From NCBI GenBank assembly GCA_965215505.1, contig OZ244065.1, positions 5,984,001 to 6,048,000 on the forward strand: a stretch of DNA of 64,000 nucleotides. Direction: 5' to 3'. Shown here in pieces: positions 29,331-38,269 of this stretch (position 1 is its first letter; the number at the start of each line of letters is the position of its first letter). This DNA is from Capsulimonadaceae bacterium (GTDB taxonomy: Bacteria; Armatimonadota; Armatimonadia; Armatimonadales; Capsulimonadaceae). The notes under the pieces were generated by a model that had not been told where the DNA came from, searched no databases, and saw nothing but the letters and a program-made list of their open reading frames with translations. The position numbers and the translations under genes are program-made.

Positions 29331-29774
29331 ATGATGGGAATGCCATTACTTGATCTAATGAAGGATGATCGCGGGCAAGAACGGACGTTCAAGCGTTACC
29401 GCGTCAATCTCCCCCTGTTCGTCCATGAGAACGCCGGGAGGGCCGCCGTGCCGGGTCTGGCACACAACATCAGTCTGAGTGGCATCGGCTTCGTCTGCCT
29501 GGAACACTTCGAGCCTGAGGCCATGGTCGAACTCGAGATCACGCTTGAGGCTCGGGCTTATCTCCTGCTCGCGCGCGTCTGCCGGTGCCGCCGGCTCGAT
29601 CTGCCCGGCGACCTGCTGTACCACTACGGGACACAGTTCGTGCGGACCGAGGCCGTCCTGCGGTTCATCCCCGAGGCCGCCGAGTTCCTGCTCGCTCAGG
29701 GCGGCGACCGGCGGACGGTCCGGGTCCCCGGCAGCACGCCCAGCCGGACGCCCGCCACGTCCCCGGTCGGGTAG
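29331..29774 (+). CDS. Single-domain PilZ protein
   Basis: RTFKR (RxxxR) and NISLSG motifs. Confidence 0.8.
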   Translation: MMGMPLLDLMKDDRGQERTFKRYRVNLPLFVHENAGRAAVPGLAHNISLSGIGFVCLEHFEPEAMVELEITLEARAYLLLARVCRCRRLDLPGDLLYHYGTQFVRTEAVLRFIPEAAEFLLAQGGDRRTVRVPGSTPSRTPATSPVG

Positions 29775-31519
29775 CAGCCCATCTTCAAGGCCGGGCTGGC
29801 GGCGGGAACGCGGAAGTCGCTGGTCACATAATCCCCGAAGGTGAACGCGCCCACTGTGCTGCCCTGCTCCAGCCCCAGGTCGTTGCGGACGGCGGCCAGT
29901 GTGTCGTACTGCTTGTTCCGCCGCCAGGCCGCCCCCCAATGGAACAGAGCCGGCCCGTCGGGGTTGGAGTAAAAGTTGTCCGCGAACGTCAGCCGCAGAG
30001 TCTCCAAGGACAGCCCCATCGGCTGGCCTTTGGCGTCCTTCGCGACGTAATCCCCGGCCAGGTTCTGCGCCGCCTGCCCGGCATCGGCCTTCTTCCCCTG
30101 CCTCGCCCGCGGCCAGTGGCGCTCGTCGCCCACGTCGAACCACCCCCACGTCTGCGCGTCCCGGTTGCCCGCGATGACGTTGTGCCGGATGACCTCGTCG
30201 TGGTTCCAGACTGCCTCCTCGGGCGTGCCCGGCTTCGCGCCCCGGCGCGGCGTCGTCCGCCCCTGTTCGCGAAAGTCAAAGCCTTCCCTGTTGGCAACCA
30301 GCAGGTTGCGCTCGATGACGCAGCCCGGCGACGAGGACAGGCAGATGCCCGCCTGCGCCCCCCAACCGCCCGGCGTGTCCGCCAGGCCGTTGCCTACGAT
30401 CACGTTGTCGTGGGCGCGAAGGCCGAATGAGATCTCGTAGAAGATGCCCGCATCCTCGTTGCCCGAAATCAGGCAGCGGCTCACCTCGGCGTCCTCGTTG
30501 CCGATGTCGAACCAGACGCCCGCGCCCCGGTTCTCCAGGATGCGGCAGTGGTCCAGGACGGGGTGGCGCGACAGCACGATCTTCAGCCCGCCCGCCTCCC
30601 AGCCCCGGCTGAAGTCTTTCGTGTTGTTGTTGCGGACCAGGCAGTCCGTCAGCCGCAGCCGGTCCGCGCCGCCCGCGCCGAAGCCGAGCTGGCCGTTGTC
30701 CTGGAAGGCACAGCGCTCCACGGTGATGTCGGGGGCGACGAACGAGGCCCCGCTGCCGTTGGTGCGCTCGGCCGTGCAGTCCTGGACCACGTCGTGACGC
30801 CCCGCAAACCGGATCGCCCCCTGCTGGGCGGCATTGGCGGCGTACCGGAACCTGACCCCGCGCAGCGAGACGTAATTCCCCTTGCATTCCCACAAGACGG
30901 CGCGCGTGGACGCCTCTGTGGGCACGGCGTTCAGGTCCTCGCCGCCCGCGCTCCAGGCGTACAGCCGCTTCCCGTCCAGGTCGGCGAAGAAGTCCCCCCG
31001 GCCCAGGGCCTCCCGGCGCAGGACCTGGTGCAGCATGTAGTTCCTGACAAAGACCTGCTCGGCCCGCCCGATCAGCAGGTGGTAGTCGTCGTCCGGGTGC
31101 GTGTGCGCCGGCCCGCCGAGGAACGTGTAGGGCCAGGGGACGCTATAGACCGCATCCGGGCCGGGTTCCTTCCGCCACCCCGTCAGCCGGTCCGCGCCTG
31201 TGACGACCACGTTCGCGGCGGGCGCGGCCTCAAACCGAATGGGCCTGGCCGCTGTCCCATCCATCCCGACGGTGACGCTCTCCCGATAGACCCCCGCGTG
31301 GATCAGCACCGTGTCGCCAGGCTTGACCGACTGCGCCGCCGCGCCGATGGTGCGGAACTGATGGTCCCCATCAACAGCCGGGAGCGGGGCGGGGGCGACG
31401 TGGAAGACGCGCCCCCGCCCCGCGCCCAGTACGCCCGGTTGTAAGCTGAAAAGGCCGAAAACGGCTGCCAGGAGCGGCGCGGCGGCGCGGCGGATCATTC
31501 CCGCTGCTAATTTGTTCAT
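29696..31519 (-). CDS. Secreted right-handed parallel beta-helix protein
   Basis: Signal peptide; FRTIGAAA..PGDTVLIHAGVYRE; WEAGGLK, GVWFD and GIFYEIS repeats. Confidence 0.85.
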   Translation of the reverse strand: MNKLAAGMIRRAAAPLLAAVFGLFSLQPGVLGAGRGRVFHVAPAPLPAVDGDHQFRTIGAAAQSVKPGDTVLIHAGVYRESVTVGMDGTAARPIRFEAAPAANVVVTGADRLTGWRKEPGPDAVYSVPWPYTFLGGPAHTHPDDDYHLLIGRAEQVFVRNYMLHQVLRREALGRGDFFADLDGKRLYAWSAGGEDLNAVPTEASTRAVLWECKGNYVSLRGVRFRYAANAAQQGAIRFAGRHDVVQDCTAERTNGSGASFVAPDITVERCAFQDNGQLGFGAGGADRLRLTDCLVRNNNTKDFSRGWEAGGLKIVLSRHPVLDHCRILENRGAGVWFDIGNEDAEVSRCLISGNEDAGIFYEISFGLRAHDNVIVGNGLADTPGGWGAQAGICLSSSPGCVIERNLLVANREGFDFREQGRTTPRRGAKPGTPEEAVWNHDEVIRHNVIAGNRDAQTWGWFDVGDERHWPRARQGKKADAGQAAQNLAGDYVAKDAKGQPMGLSLETLRLTFADNFYSNPDGPALFHWGAAWRRNKQYDTLAAVRNDLGLEQGSTVGAFTFGDYVTSDFRVPAASPALKMGCYPTGDVAGVRLGVLPGTRTVRRSPP

Positions 31520-31563
31520 GATGCACTCGTTATAGCATAAGCAGGCACAGAAACTCAGCGGCG

Positions 31564-31590
31564 TACAGAAACGGCTCGGCCTGCCGATAA
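31564..31590 (+). promoter_or_regulatory. Sigma28-like promoter of PilZ gene 2
   Basis: TACA-N15-GCCGATAA; the -10 matches the FliA/SigD consensus exactly. Confidence 0.65.
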
Positions 31591-31597
31591 TGACGGC

Positions 31598-32011
31598 ATG
31601 ACACTGTCACTCAGCGAAGCCCTGACGGAGCGGTCCGGCCAGCGGCGGGCCTTCCAGCGATACCCCGTGAGCCTGACGGTCCTGGTGCAGCCGGCCCCGG
31701 AAAACGGCGTCCTGCGCCGCCGGGGGGTGACGACCGCCCTCGTGACGAACGCCAGCCTGTCCGGCCTGGTCTTCGTCTCCAACCGCCCGCACCCGCCCGG
31801 CTCCCTGGTCGAGATCCAGATCAGCCTCGGCGCGCACGTCCACCGCGTCCGGGCCATCGTCCGCCGCAGCCAGATCCTGACTCTGCCGGGGCGTCGGGCG
31901 TTTGAATGCGCCGCCCAGCTCGTGCGGGGCGAGGAAGTGACGCGGTTCATCCCCGCCCTGGCCCGGCACCTGTATCAGCACCGGCTCGGCCGGGACACTC
32001 CCACGGCGTGA
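31598..32011 (+). CDS. Single-domain PilZ protein (paralog)
   Basis: RAFQR and NASLSG; C-terminus resembles 29331..29774. Confidence 0.8.
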   Translation: MTLSLSEALTERSGQRRAFQRYPVSLTVLVQPAPENGVLRRRGVTTALVTNASLSGLVFVSNRPHPPGSLVEIQISLGAHVHRVRAIVRRSQILTLPGRRAFECAAQLVRGEEVTRFIPALARHLYQHRLGRDTPTA

Positions 32012-32026
32012 AGGCGTCGTGACGAG

Positions 32027-32070
32027 AAAAAGCCCGCGCCTTTCGCTTGGGGCGAAGGGCGCGGGCTTTT
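32027..32070. terminator. Bidirectional intrinsic terminator
   Basis: AAAAAGCCCGCGCCTTTCGC-ttggg-GCGAAGGGCGCGGGCTTTT between convergent genes. Confidence 0.8.
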
Positions 32071-32089
32071 GTTTGACCGCCGCCGCAGG

Positions 32090-32257
32090 TCAGGCATTGG
32101 CCGACGGGCTGCTCTCCTCGCGGGAGTAGTAGCCCAGCTCGACGAGCAGGTCGTCAGGGTCGGTGTCGAAGAACTCGGAAATCGCGTGGATAAAATCCAC
32201 GGAGGGGGCGTCGGCCAACTGTGTGCCGGGGGCAAGCATCTCTGCTTCGGTGTTCAT
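32090..32257 (-). CDS. 55-aa small protein resembling the C-terminal half of an XRE HTH domain
   Basis: Below the ORF-track cutoff; AGGAG RBS; MNTEAEMLAPGTQLADAPSVDFIHAISEFFDTDPDDLLVELGYYSREESSPSANA; followed by a terminator. Confidence 0.7.
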   Translation of the reverse strand: MNTEAEMLAPGTQLADAPSVDFIHAISEFFDTDPDDLLVELGYYSREESSPSANA

Positions 32258-32464
32258 GGTGATCTCCTGCGCGTCATCTCAACGAGGTCAGATTTTTAGC
32301 TTTAGAGCGGCCTCAAGCCCTGACTTCCGGGCAAAACCTCTCTAGTATACCACAGTCCGCCGGATTTCATGCCTGATGCCGGCCTTTTTCTTCCGGCGCT
32401 CCCCCGTACCCTTCTTGCAATCGTCTTGCAATCGTGCCGCGCATCCGGTATACTCCCGGCTACG

Positions 32465-33148
32465 GTGAACGCGATCATTGACAACCAGGAGCGCAGGCTC
32501 GCCCTGTGCGTCCGGGACCGGATGGAGGCGGGGGCGGTGAGCGCGCGGCTCGCCGTGGGCTACCTGTTCCTGGACGGCTTGGCCCCCTTGCGGGCGCAGA
32601 TCGAGCGGCTCGGGTCGCTTGAGATCCTCATCGGCAACGTGGTGAACCGCTTGACCGAGGAGCAGGTGCGCGAGGAATCGGCGGCACGGCAGCGGGGCGG
32701 GGAGAACCTGGTCCGGGGCGGGGAAGACGTGGCGGCGACGCTGCGCGACGGGCACGACCGTGCCGCCGCCGAGACCGCCCTCAACCTGCGCGCGACCATC
32801 GCCGCGCTCCCGCCGACGCCGGAGAACCGGGCGCTCCTGCTGACACTCGCCGGGCGCGTGGCGCAGGGCCACCTCCGGGTGCGGCTGTACACGCGCGGGC
32901 GCATCCACGCCAAAGTGACGCTGCTGGAATATCCCGAGGGACACCCGGACGCGCCCGGCGTCGGGATCGTCGGGTCGAGCAACCTCACCCTGGGCGGGGA
33001 GGCGCACCCGACCGAGTTGAACGTCGCCGTGCGCGACGCGGAAAGCCTCGCCGCGCTGGACTCCTGGTTTGGGCGGCTTTGGAACGGTTCGCAGGACTTC
33101 CACCGGGAGCTGTTCGACGAATTGGGGCAGTGCTGGGCGTTCCGCTAG
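32465..33148 (+). CDS. Stand-alone phospholipase D-like (HKD-type) nuclease domain protein
   Basis: IIDNQ, AVGYLFLDG, ILIGN, RIHAK, VGSSNLT, TELNV, WFGRLW. Confidence 0.8.
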   Translation: MNAIIDNQERRLALCVRDRMEAGAVSARLAVGYLFLDGLAPLRAQIERLGSLEILIGNVVNRLTEEQVREESAARQRGGENLVRGGEDVAATLRDGHDRAAAETALNLRATIAALPPTPENRALLLTLAGRVAQGHLRVRLYTRGRIHAKVTLLEYPEGHPDAPGVGIVGSSNLTLGGEAHPTELNVAVRDAESLAALDSWFGRLWNGSQDFHRELFDELGQCWAFR

Positions 33149-33342
33149 GCGGCCCACCGCCGGGGCCGGCGTTCGTTCCGGGCGTCCGGTGCCCGCGCGG
33201 GCGAGGCGAGGCGCGAGTCTTCTTCGGAGGTGTCGTCATCCAGCCAGAGCAGCGAGGCGAGGCGGTCACAGACCGGAGCCTCCTCGTGGGCGTCGCAGAG
33301 GGCTTCCGCCTGGGCGGGCGGAATTAACATGAGCGGTTTCAT
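33145..33342 (-). CDS. Small hypothetical protein (65 aa)
   Basis: Strong GAGGAGG RBS; its stop overlaps the convergent PLD stop at CTAG. Confidence 0.5.
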   Translation of the reverse strand: MKPLMLIPPAQAEALCDAHEEAPVCDRLASLLWLDDDTSEEDSRLASPARAPDARNERRPRRWAA

Positions 33343-33545
33343 ACGACCTCCTCGTCGTGAGCCAACCGAGAGCAAGAATGAACGGGCGGCGTCATTGCCG
33401 GTTCCATGTTCTTTCCCATTTTACTCGTTTTCATACATCTTTTCAACGTCAATGCCGCCTGGTCTTTGCGGTACTTTTTCCATCATCGGAAAAAAGTGTC
33501 CCTGGCTTTAGGGCCGCGCGAGGCCGGAGGCCGCCCCGTCCGATC

Positions 33546-34646
33546 ATGCCTGAAACTGTCTTTGATACGCCGCAGTCCCCGACCGACCTGCTGCCGCGCC
33601 TGCTGGCCCTGCCGCGCGGTGCCTCCGTCCTCCTGCTGGGTGGGACGGACAGCGGCAAGACCACCTGGACGCGCGACGGCGTCTTCGCCCTCAGCGGGGC
33701 GGGCCGGGCTGTCGCCGTCGTGGACTGCGACCTGGGGCAGGGCGAGATCGGGCCGCCCGCAACCGTCGGGGCCGGATGGGCCGCCCCGAACGCCGAATTC
33801 CGCTCCCTGCGCGACCTGCCGGTCCTGGCCGCCTATTTCGTCGGGGCCGTCTCGCCCGCCCGGCACCTGCTGGACGTCTGCGTCGGTGCGGTCCAGATGG
33901 CGCGCGTCGCCAAGAAGCGCCGACCCGACCTGCTCCTGATAGATACCGACGGCATGATCGGGGGGGCCTCGGCCCGCGAGGTCAAGCGGCGCTTGGCCGA
34001 GCTGCTGCTGCCGCAGGTCGTCGTCGCCCTGGCGCGCGGCGACGAGCTTGCCCCCCTCCTGACCGCCTTCTCCCGTCTGGACGCCCCCGAAGTCTGGCGT
34101 GTTCCCGCCCACCCCGAGGCCGCGCGCAAGACGCCCGCCGCCCGGACGACCCGCCGGGCGGCCCGGTTCCTCTCCGCGCTGGCGGGCGCGCAGCCGCTCA
34201 CCTTCCCGCTCGACTCGGTCGCCCTGCAAGGGACCTGGCTCGGCCTGGGGGAGCCTCTGCCGCACCACCTGACCCTCTTCCTCAGCCAGTCGCTGGGCCG
34301 GCCCGCCCTGCACGCGGAGCGGACGCCCGGCGGCGGCCTGTACGTCGTCCTCAACGGCGAGGGCTGGGATGCGTCGGGCCTGGCGGCCGTCGAGAGCCAC
34401 TTCGCGACCCGCGCCGTCTCGATCACGGCGGCCCAGAAGTTCGCCGGCCTGCTGGTCGGCCTGGTCTCGGCGGGCGGCGCGCTGCTCGGGCTGGGGCTGA
34501 TCGAGCGGATAGACTTCCCCCGCCGCACCCTCTCCGTGCTGACGCCGTGCCGCAAGCCGGCCGCCGTCGCCCAGGTCTGGCTCGGCGGGCTGCGCCTGCG
34601 TCCGGACGGGCGCGAGATCGGCGAGGTGCGTCCCGGCGAGATTTAG
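33546..34646 (+). CDS. Clp1/Grc3/Nol9-like polynucleotide 5'-kinase
   Basis: GGTDSGKTT Walker A, VDCDLGQGEIGPP, LIDTDG, RxxRR lid, GLLVGL..LGLGLI C-terminal domain. Confidence 0.85.
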   Translation: MPETVFDTPQSPTDLLPRLLALPRGASVLLLGGTDSGKTTWTRDGVFALSGAGRAVAVVDCDLGQGEIGPPATVGAGWAAPNAEFRSLRDLPVLAAYFVGAVSPARHLLDVCVGAVQMARVAKKRRPDLLLIDTDGMIGGASAREVKRRLAELLLPQVVVALARGDELAPLLTAFSRLDAPEVWRVPAHPEAARKTPAARTTRRAARFLSALAGAQPLTFPLDSVALQGTWLGLGEPLPHHLTLFLSQSLGRPALHAERTPGGGLYVVLNGEGWDASGLAAVESHFATRAVSITAAQKFAGLLVGLVSAGGALLGLGLIERIDFPRRTLSVLTPCRKPAAVAQVWLGGLRLRPDGREIGEVRPGEI

Positions 34647-34673
34647 AAGTAGCCTCCGAGTTAGAAGTGCCCC

Positions 34674-35642
34674 CTAGGTAGGCAGGCAGCCGAAGTGCGT
34701 GACGCGGTCGCGCCCGGCCGCCTAGGAGTGGTAGAGCGCCTTGTCCGCCTGGTCCAGCAGGGGCCAGGCGGGGTCCTCGCCCGGCCGCAGCGTGGCGGCG
34801 CCCAGGCTGACGGTCACGGGCCGCGCGGGCCACCCGTGGGCCGCGACCGCCGCCCGCAGCCGCTCCGCGACGGCCCGCGCCCCGGCCCCCTCCGCCCCCG
34901 GCAGCAGGATGGCAAATTCCTCCCCGCCGTAGCGCGCGACGAGGTCCACCGTCCGAGCGTAGCCGCGCAGCAGCCCGGCCAGGGTCTTCAGCACCTCGTC
35001 CCCTGCGGGGTGCCCGAAGGCGTCGTTGTACTGCTTGAAGTGGTCCACGTCCAGCATGACGAGTGACAGGGGGGTGCCGTCACGCGCTGCCCGCGCACGC
35101 TCGTGTTCCATCTGCGCGTGGAACTCGCGGTGGTTCCGCAGGCCGGTCAGGCCGTCCGTGGTGGCGAGCGCGCGGAGCTGAGTGTTCGCCTCCTCCAGGG
35201 CGGCCTTCTGCGCCTCAAGCCGCTCCTCGTACTGCTTGTGTTCCGTGACATCGCGCAGCGTCGCCATGAAGTGCGTGATGCCGCCGCCGACCGACCGGAC
35301 CGGATTGATGCGCCACTCGGCGTGATAGGGCACGGAACCTTTGCGGTAGTTGATGCCCCGGCCGTGGAACGGGATGCCGTCCGCCAGGCAGTGCCGCAGA
35401 TGACATAGCAGTGCCCGGTCGGTTTCCGGCCCCTGGAGGAGTCTCGGCGTCCGGCCCAGCACCTCGCCCGCCGTGTAACCGGTCATCGCCAGGAACGCCG
35501 GGTTCACATAGAGGATGTGCGGGCCGGGCTGCTCGATCACGGCGTCCGTGATCAGAATCGCCTCGCCGGCCTGCTCGACCGCCGCCTGGAGCAGGTGCAG
35601 CGCCTCATCCGGCGGGAGGTCCGTCAGTGGGAGGGGGGACAT
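34674..35642 (-). CDS. PAS-GGDEF diguanylate cyclase with an in-frame TAG at 34722-34724
   Basis: YVNPAF PAS; DGLTGLRN, DVDHFKQYND, RTVD I-site, RYGGEEF; the frame continues ALYHS*AAGRDRVTHF. Confidence 0.85.
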
Positions 35643-35697
35643 AACAGGAACTTCTTTCAAACCATAGACGGTCTCAAGTTTCAGACAACGGACGGTC

Positions 35698-36840
35698 TCA
35701 AGCCGCCGCCGACAGCAGGCGCAGGAACGGGCGAGCCGCTTCCGGCGGGTTCGCCGGGCGCGCAAACAGGAACCCCTGCATGAAGTCCGCGCCCGCCTCC
35801 CGGCACATGTGCATCTGGCTCTCGGTCTCGATGCCCTCGGCGATCACCTGGATCTCGAGCCGCCGGGCCTGGGCGACGACCAGGTCGAGGTTCTGACGCG
35901 CGCTCCGGTCGTGTTCGGCGCGGACGATCAGCGCACGGTCCAGCTTGACGTAGTCCGGACGCAGGGCGGTGAGGTATTCCAGCGTGGAGAAGCCCGCGCC
36001 CATGTCATCCACCGCCGTGCCCACCCCGCGTGACTTGTAGTAGTCCAGGATGTGTTTGAGCCGCCTCATGTCCGGGATGTGTTCCGACTCCACGACCTCG
36101 AAGACCAGGCTCGAAAGCTCCGTGCCGCACTCCTCCGCCGTCTCCATCGTGGTCCGCAGGCAGACCTCCGGGTCGTAGATGGTGTTTGGCATGAAGTTAA
36201 TGAACAGCCGCGTGTCGGGCATGTGCAGGACGGCGGCGTTGCGGATGGCCACCTGCCGCGCCCGCTGGTCCAGCACATGCTCCAGGTTCAGCTTGACCGA
36301 GGCGTCAATGATCGGCCCGGCCCCGATGACCTCCTGAGTCCGGGGGTCGCGGGCGCGGATCAGGGCCTCGTGCGCGAACACGGCACCGGTTTCGGCGTCC
36401 ACGATCGGGTGGAAGAGGCTGAACAGCCAGCCGTCCTCAAGGGCGTCCCGCACCCAGTCGTGCTGCGCGCGCTGCACCAGGGCAGTCAGCGGCTCCGCCT
36501 GGATGAACGCGGCCAGGGCGCTCTCCGCGTCGTCCAGATCGCCGGAGAAGAATACGCCCGTCACGTCCTGCGCGACCGAGTCCGGCAACTGCTCCAGGAA
36601 GGCCGCAGTCAGGCCCGAGACGCGCGGCCGGAGCGTGGGCAGGGCGAGGACATTTTTCCAGGCCCGGTATGGGGTGTTGGCCGCCTCCAGGCTCCGGATC
36701 AGGGCCTCGCGGACGTTGTTGTTATGCGGCCCCAGCAGCAGATGGGTGTTCTGACCGGAAGGGCTGCGATCCGTCACCTGACAGCGGAGGCAGGCCTCCC
36801 CGTGCCCGGAGCAGGCGGCGCGTTTTGCGGCGGACTTCAT
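35698..36840 (-). CDS. EAL-domain c-di-GMP phosphodiesterase
   Basis: C-terminal part of ORF 35698..37692; HEALIR, LFINF, FEVVESE, DDMGAG, KLDR, IAEGIE, QGFLFARP. Confidence 0.9.
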   Translation of the reverse strand: MKSAAKRAACSGHGEACLRCQVTDRSPSGQNTHLLLGPHNNNVREALIRSLEAANTPYRAWKNVLALPTLRPRVSGLTAAFLEQLPDSVAQDVTGVFFSGDLDDAESALAAFIQAEPLTALVQRAQHDWVRDALEDGWLFSLFHPIVDAETGAVFAHEALIRARDPRTQEVIGAGPIIDASVKLNLEHVLDQRARQVAIRNAAVLHMPDTRLFINFMPNTIYDPEVCLRTTMETAEECGTELSSLVFEVVESEHIPDMRRLKHILDYYKSRGVGTAVDDMGAGFSTLEYLTALRPDYVKLDRALIVRAEHDRSARQNLDLVVAQARRLEIQVIAEGIETESQMHMCREAGADFMQGFLFARPANPPEAARPFLRLLSAAA

Positions 36841-37007
36841 AATTCGGTTGGACTTTCTTAACGATCTTGTCAATTGGCGTGCGTTACCCGGATTATGGCG
36901 ATTGCCGGGGTGCTGCTCAGGAGGAATGAGTATGACAAGAATCAGCCCCCTCCCTGATGCCATGCTCGGGGAGGGGGCGGACGAGCGGGGAAAGGTTCTC
37001 GGGCCGG

Positions 37008-38073
37008 TCATGCCGGGGCGCGCTTGCGGGCGCGGAAGGCAAGGCCCGCGCTGCCTATTAGGAGCATCCCGCCCAGCGAGACGACCGTGGACGCCTCGGG
37101 AACGGGCGACGGAGTGGCTTTCACGCCGTTGAATTGGAGCTGATTGGATGTCCCCGACTGGCGGCGTCCCGATCTCTTGTAAGCCCGTCCCGGTGATGTT
37201 GATGACATCCTGGAAACCACTGTCTGTGATGGACTGGAGGCTCCCGCCGGAGATCACAGTATCGGCGAAACTGCCTCCGGCGGTGAAGCTGGCGATCGTC
37301 CCCCCTGAGACACTGTCATTACCGCCCGAGACAGAGAAACTCTGGATGATGCCGCCGGTTATGCCAAAAGATGAACCCGAATCTGCGGTGTTGACGGTTC
37401 CGCTGCTGATAAAGACGCCGCTGGGTGTAGATATTCTCTGAACATTCCCGCCGGAAACACTGATTCTTCCTGTGGATGCTGACTGAAAAGAATCCGAGCC
37501 GATAAATCCGACCGTCCCGCCCGTGACCTGGACTCCTGCTCTGTCAGTGGTCACCTTCCCGACGGTCCCGCCGGAGATGGTCAGTCGGTTGAACGTGCTG
37601 GTTACGCCTGTCCCCGTGTCCGCATTCTGGACCGTCCCGCCGGAGATGATGACCTGCCCATTACTGAAGCCTGTACTCGCAGTTTGAACCATCCCGCCGC
37701 TGATGAATACGTTGTTACCCGTGACATTCCCGACGGTCCCCCCGGCGATGTTGGCGGCGCCGTTGTTGCCTACCGTGATGTTTTGGATGGTCCCGCCATC
37801 CTAAACATTGAGGTTTATGTAGGGGCCAACATTGGGATTTCCCCCTACTTGCCCCGTCGCATAGTTGGTGGTAGAGATGCTCGCGCCGCCGAAGATAGTG
37901 CCACCGCCGACAACAGAGGTCCCGGTGCCGCTGACCGTGGCCGTGCCGGAACTGACGGTGATCGTCTGCGCCGGGGCGGGGAGGGCGCAGAGCAGGAGGG
38001 AGCCGGCAAGGAAGAGTGTCGGGCGCGAGATCCGGCGAGACGCCGTGGGTGTGCTGTCGCCGTGATCTGTCAT
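37008..38073 (-). pseudogene. Disrupted PEP-CTERM surface protein with (I/V)xGG beta-repeats
   Basis: Signal peptide; in-frame TAG at 37801-37803; frameshift near 37150 before the VPEASTVVSLGGMLLIGSAGLAFRARKR sorting tail. Confidence 0.75.
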
Positions 38074-38269
38074 GTTGGATTCCCTCAACAGCAGGCGTCC
38101 TGCACAAAAGCGTACCCGATCCTGCTGTATCTACTGGTGTCTGCACGAACCATGCCCAAACCCAGTTTTCGGGCCGCATACTCAGGAATCGTGCAGGAAA
38201 AGCACCCCGCCGCCACGAACTGAACTCCAACATTCACTTCGTCATCGGCAAAGGAGACAGCGCGAAGAC

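Noticed and set aside
33360-33510. AT-rich intergenic stretch as an ncRNA or c-di-GMP riboswitch
   Set aside because: I could not identify a conserved riboswitch structure by eye; an Rfam scan would be needed.
35698-37692. 664-aa beta-repeat/EAL fusion in the ORF track
   Set aside because: It results from a frameshifted PEP-CTERM pseudogene reading into a separate EAL gene that probably starts at 36840; the joining segment is not protein-like.
34722-37803. TAG reassignment or pyrrolysine suggested by two in-frame ambers
   Set aside because: Many intact genes here end at TAG at the expected position (phnD, pgm, nadE, trpE), and no pyl genes are present.
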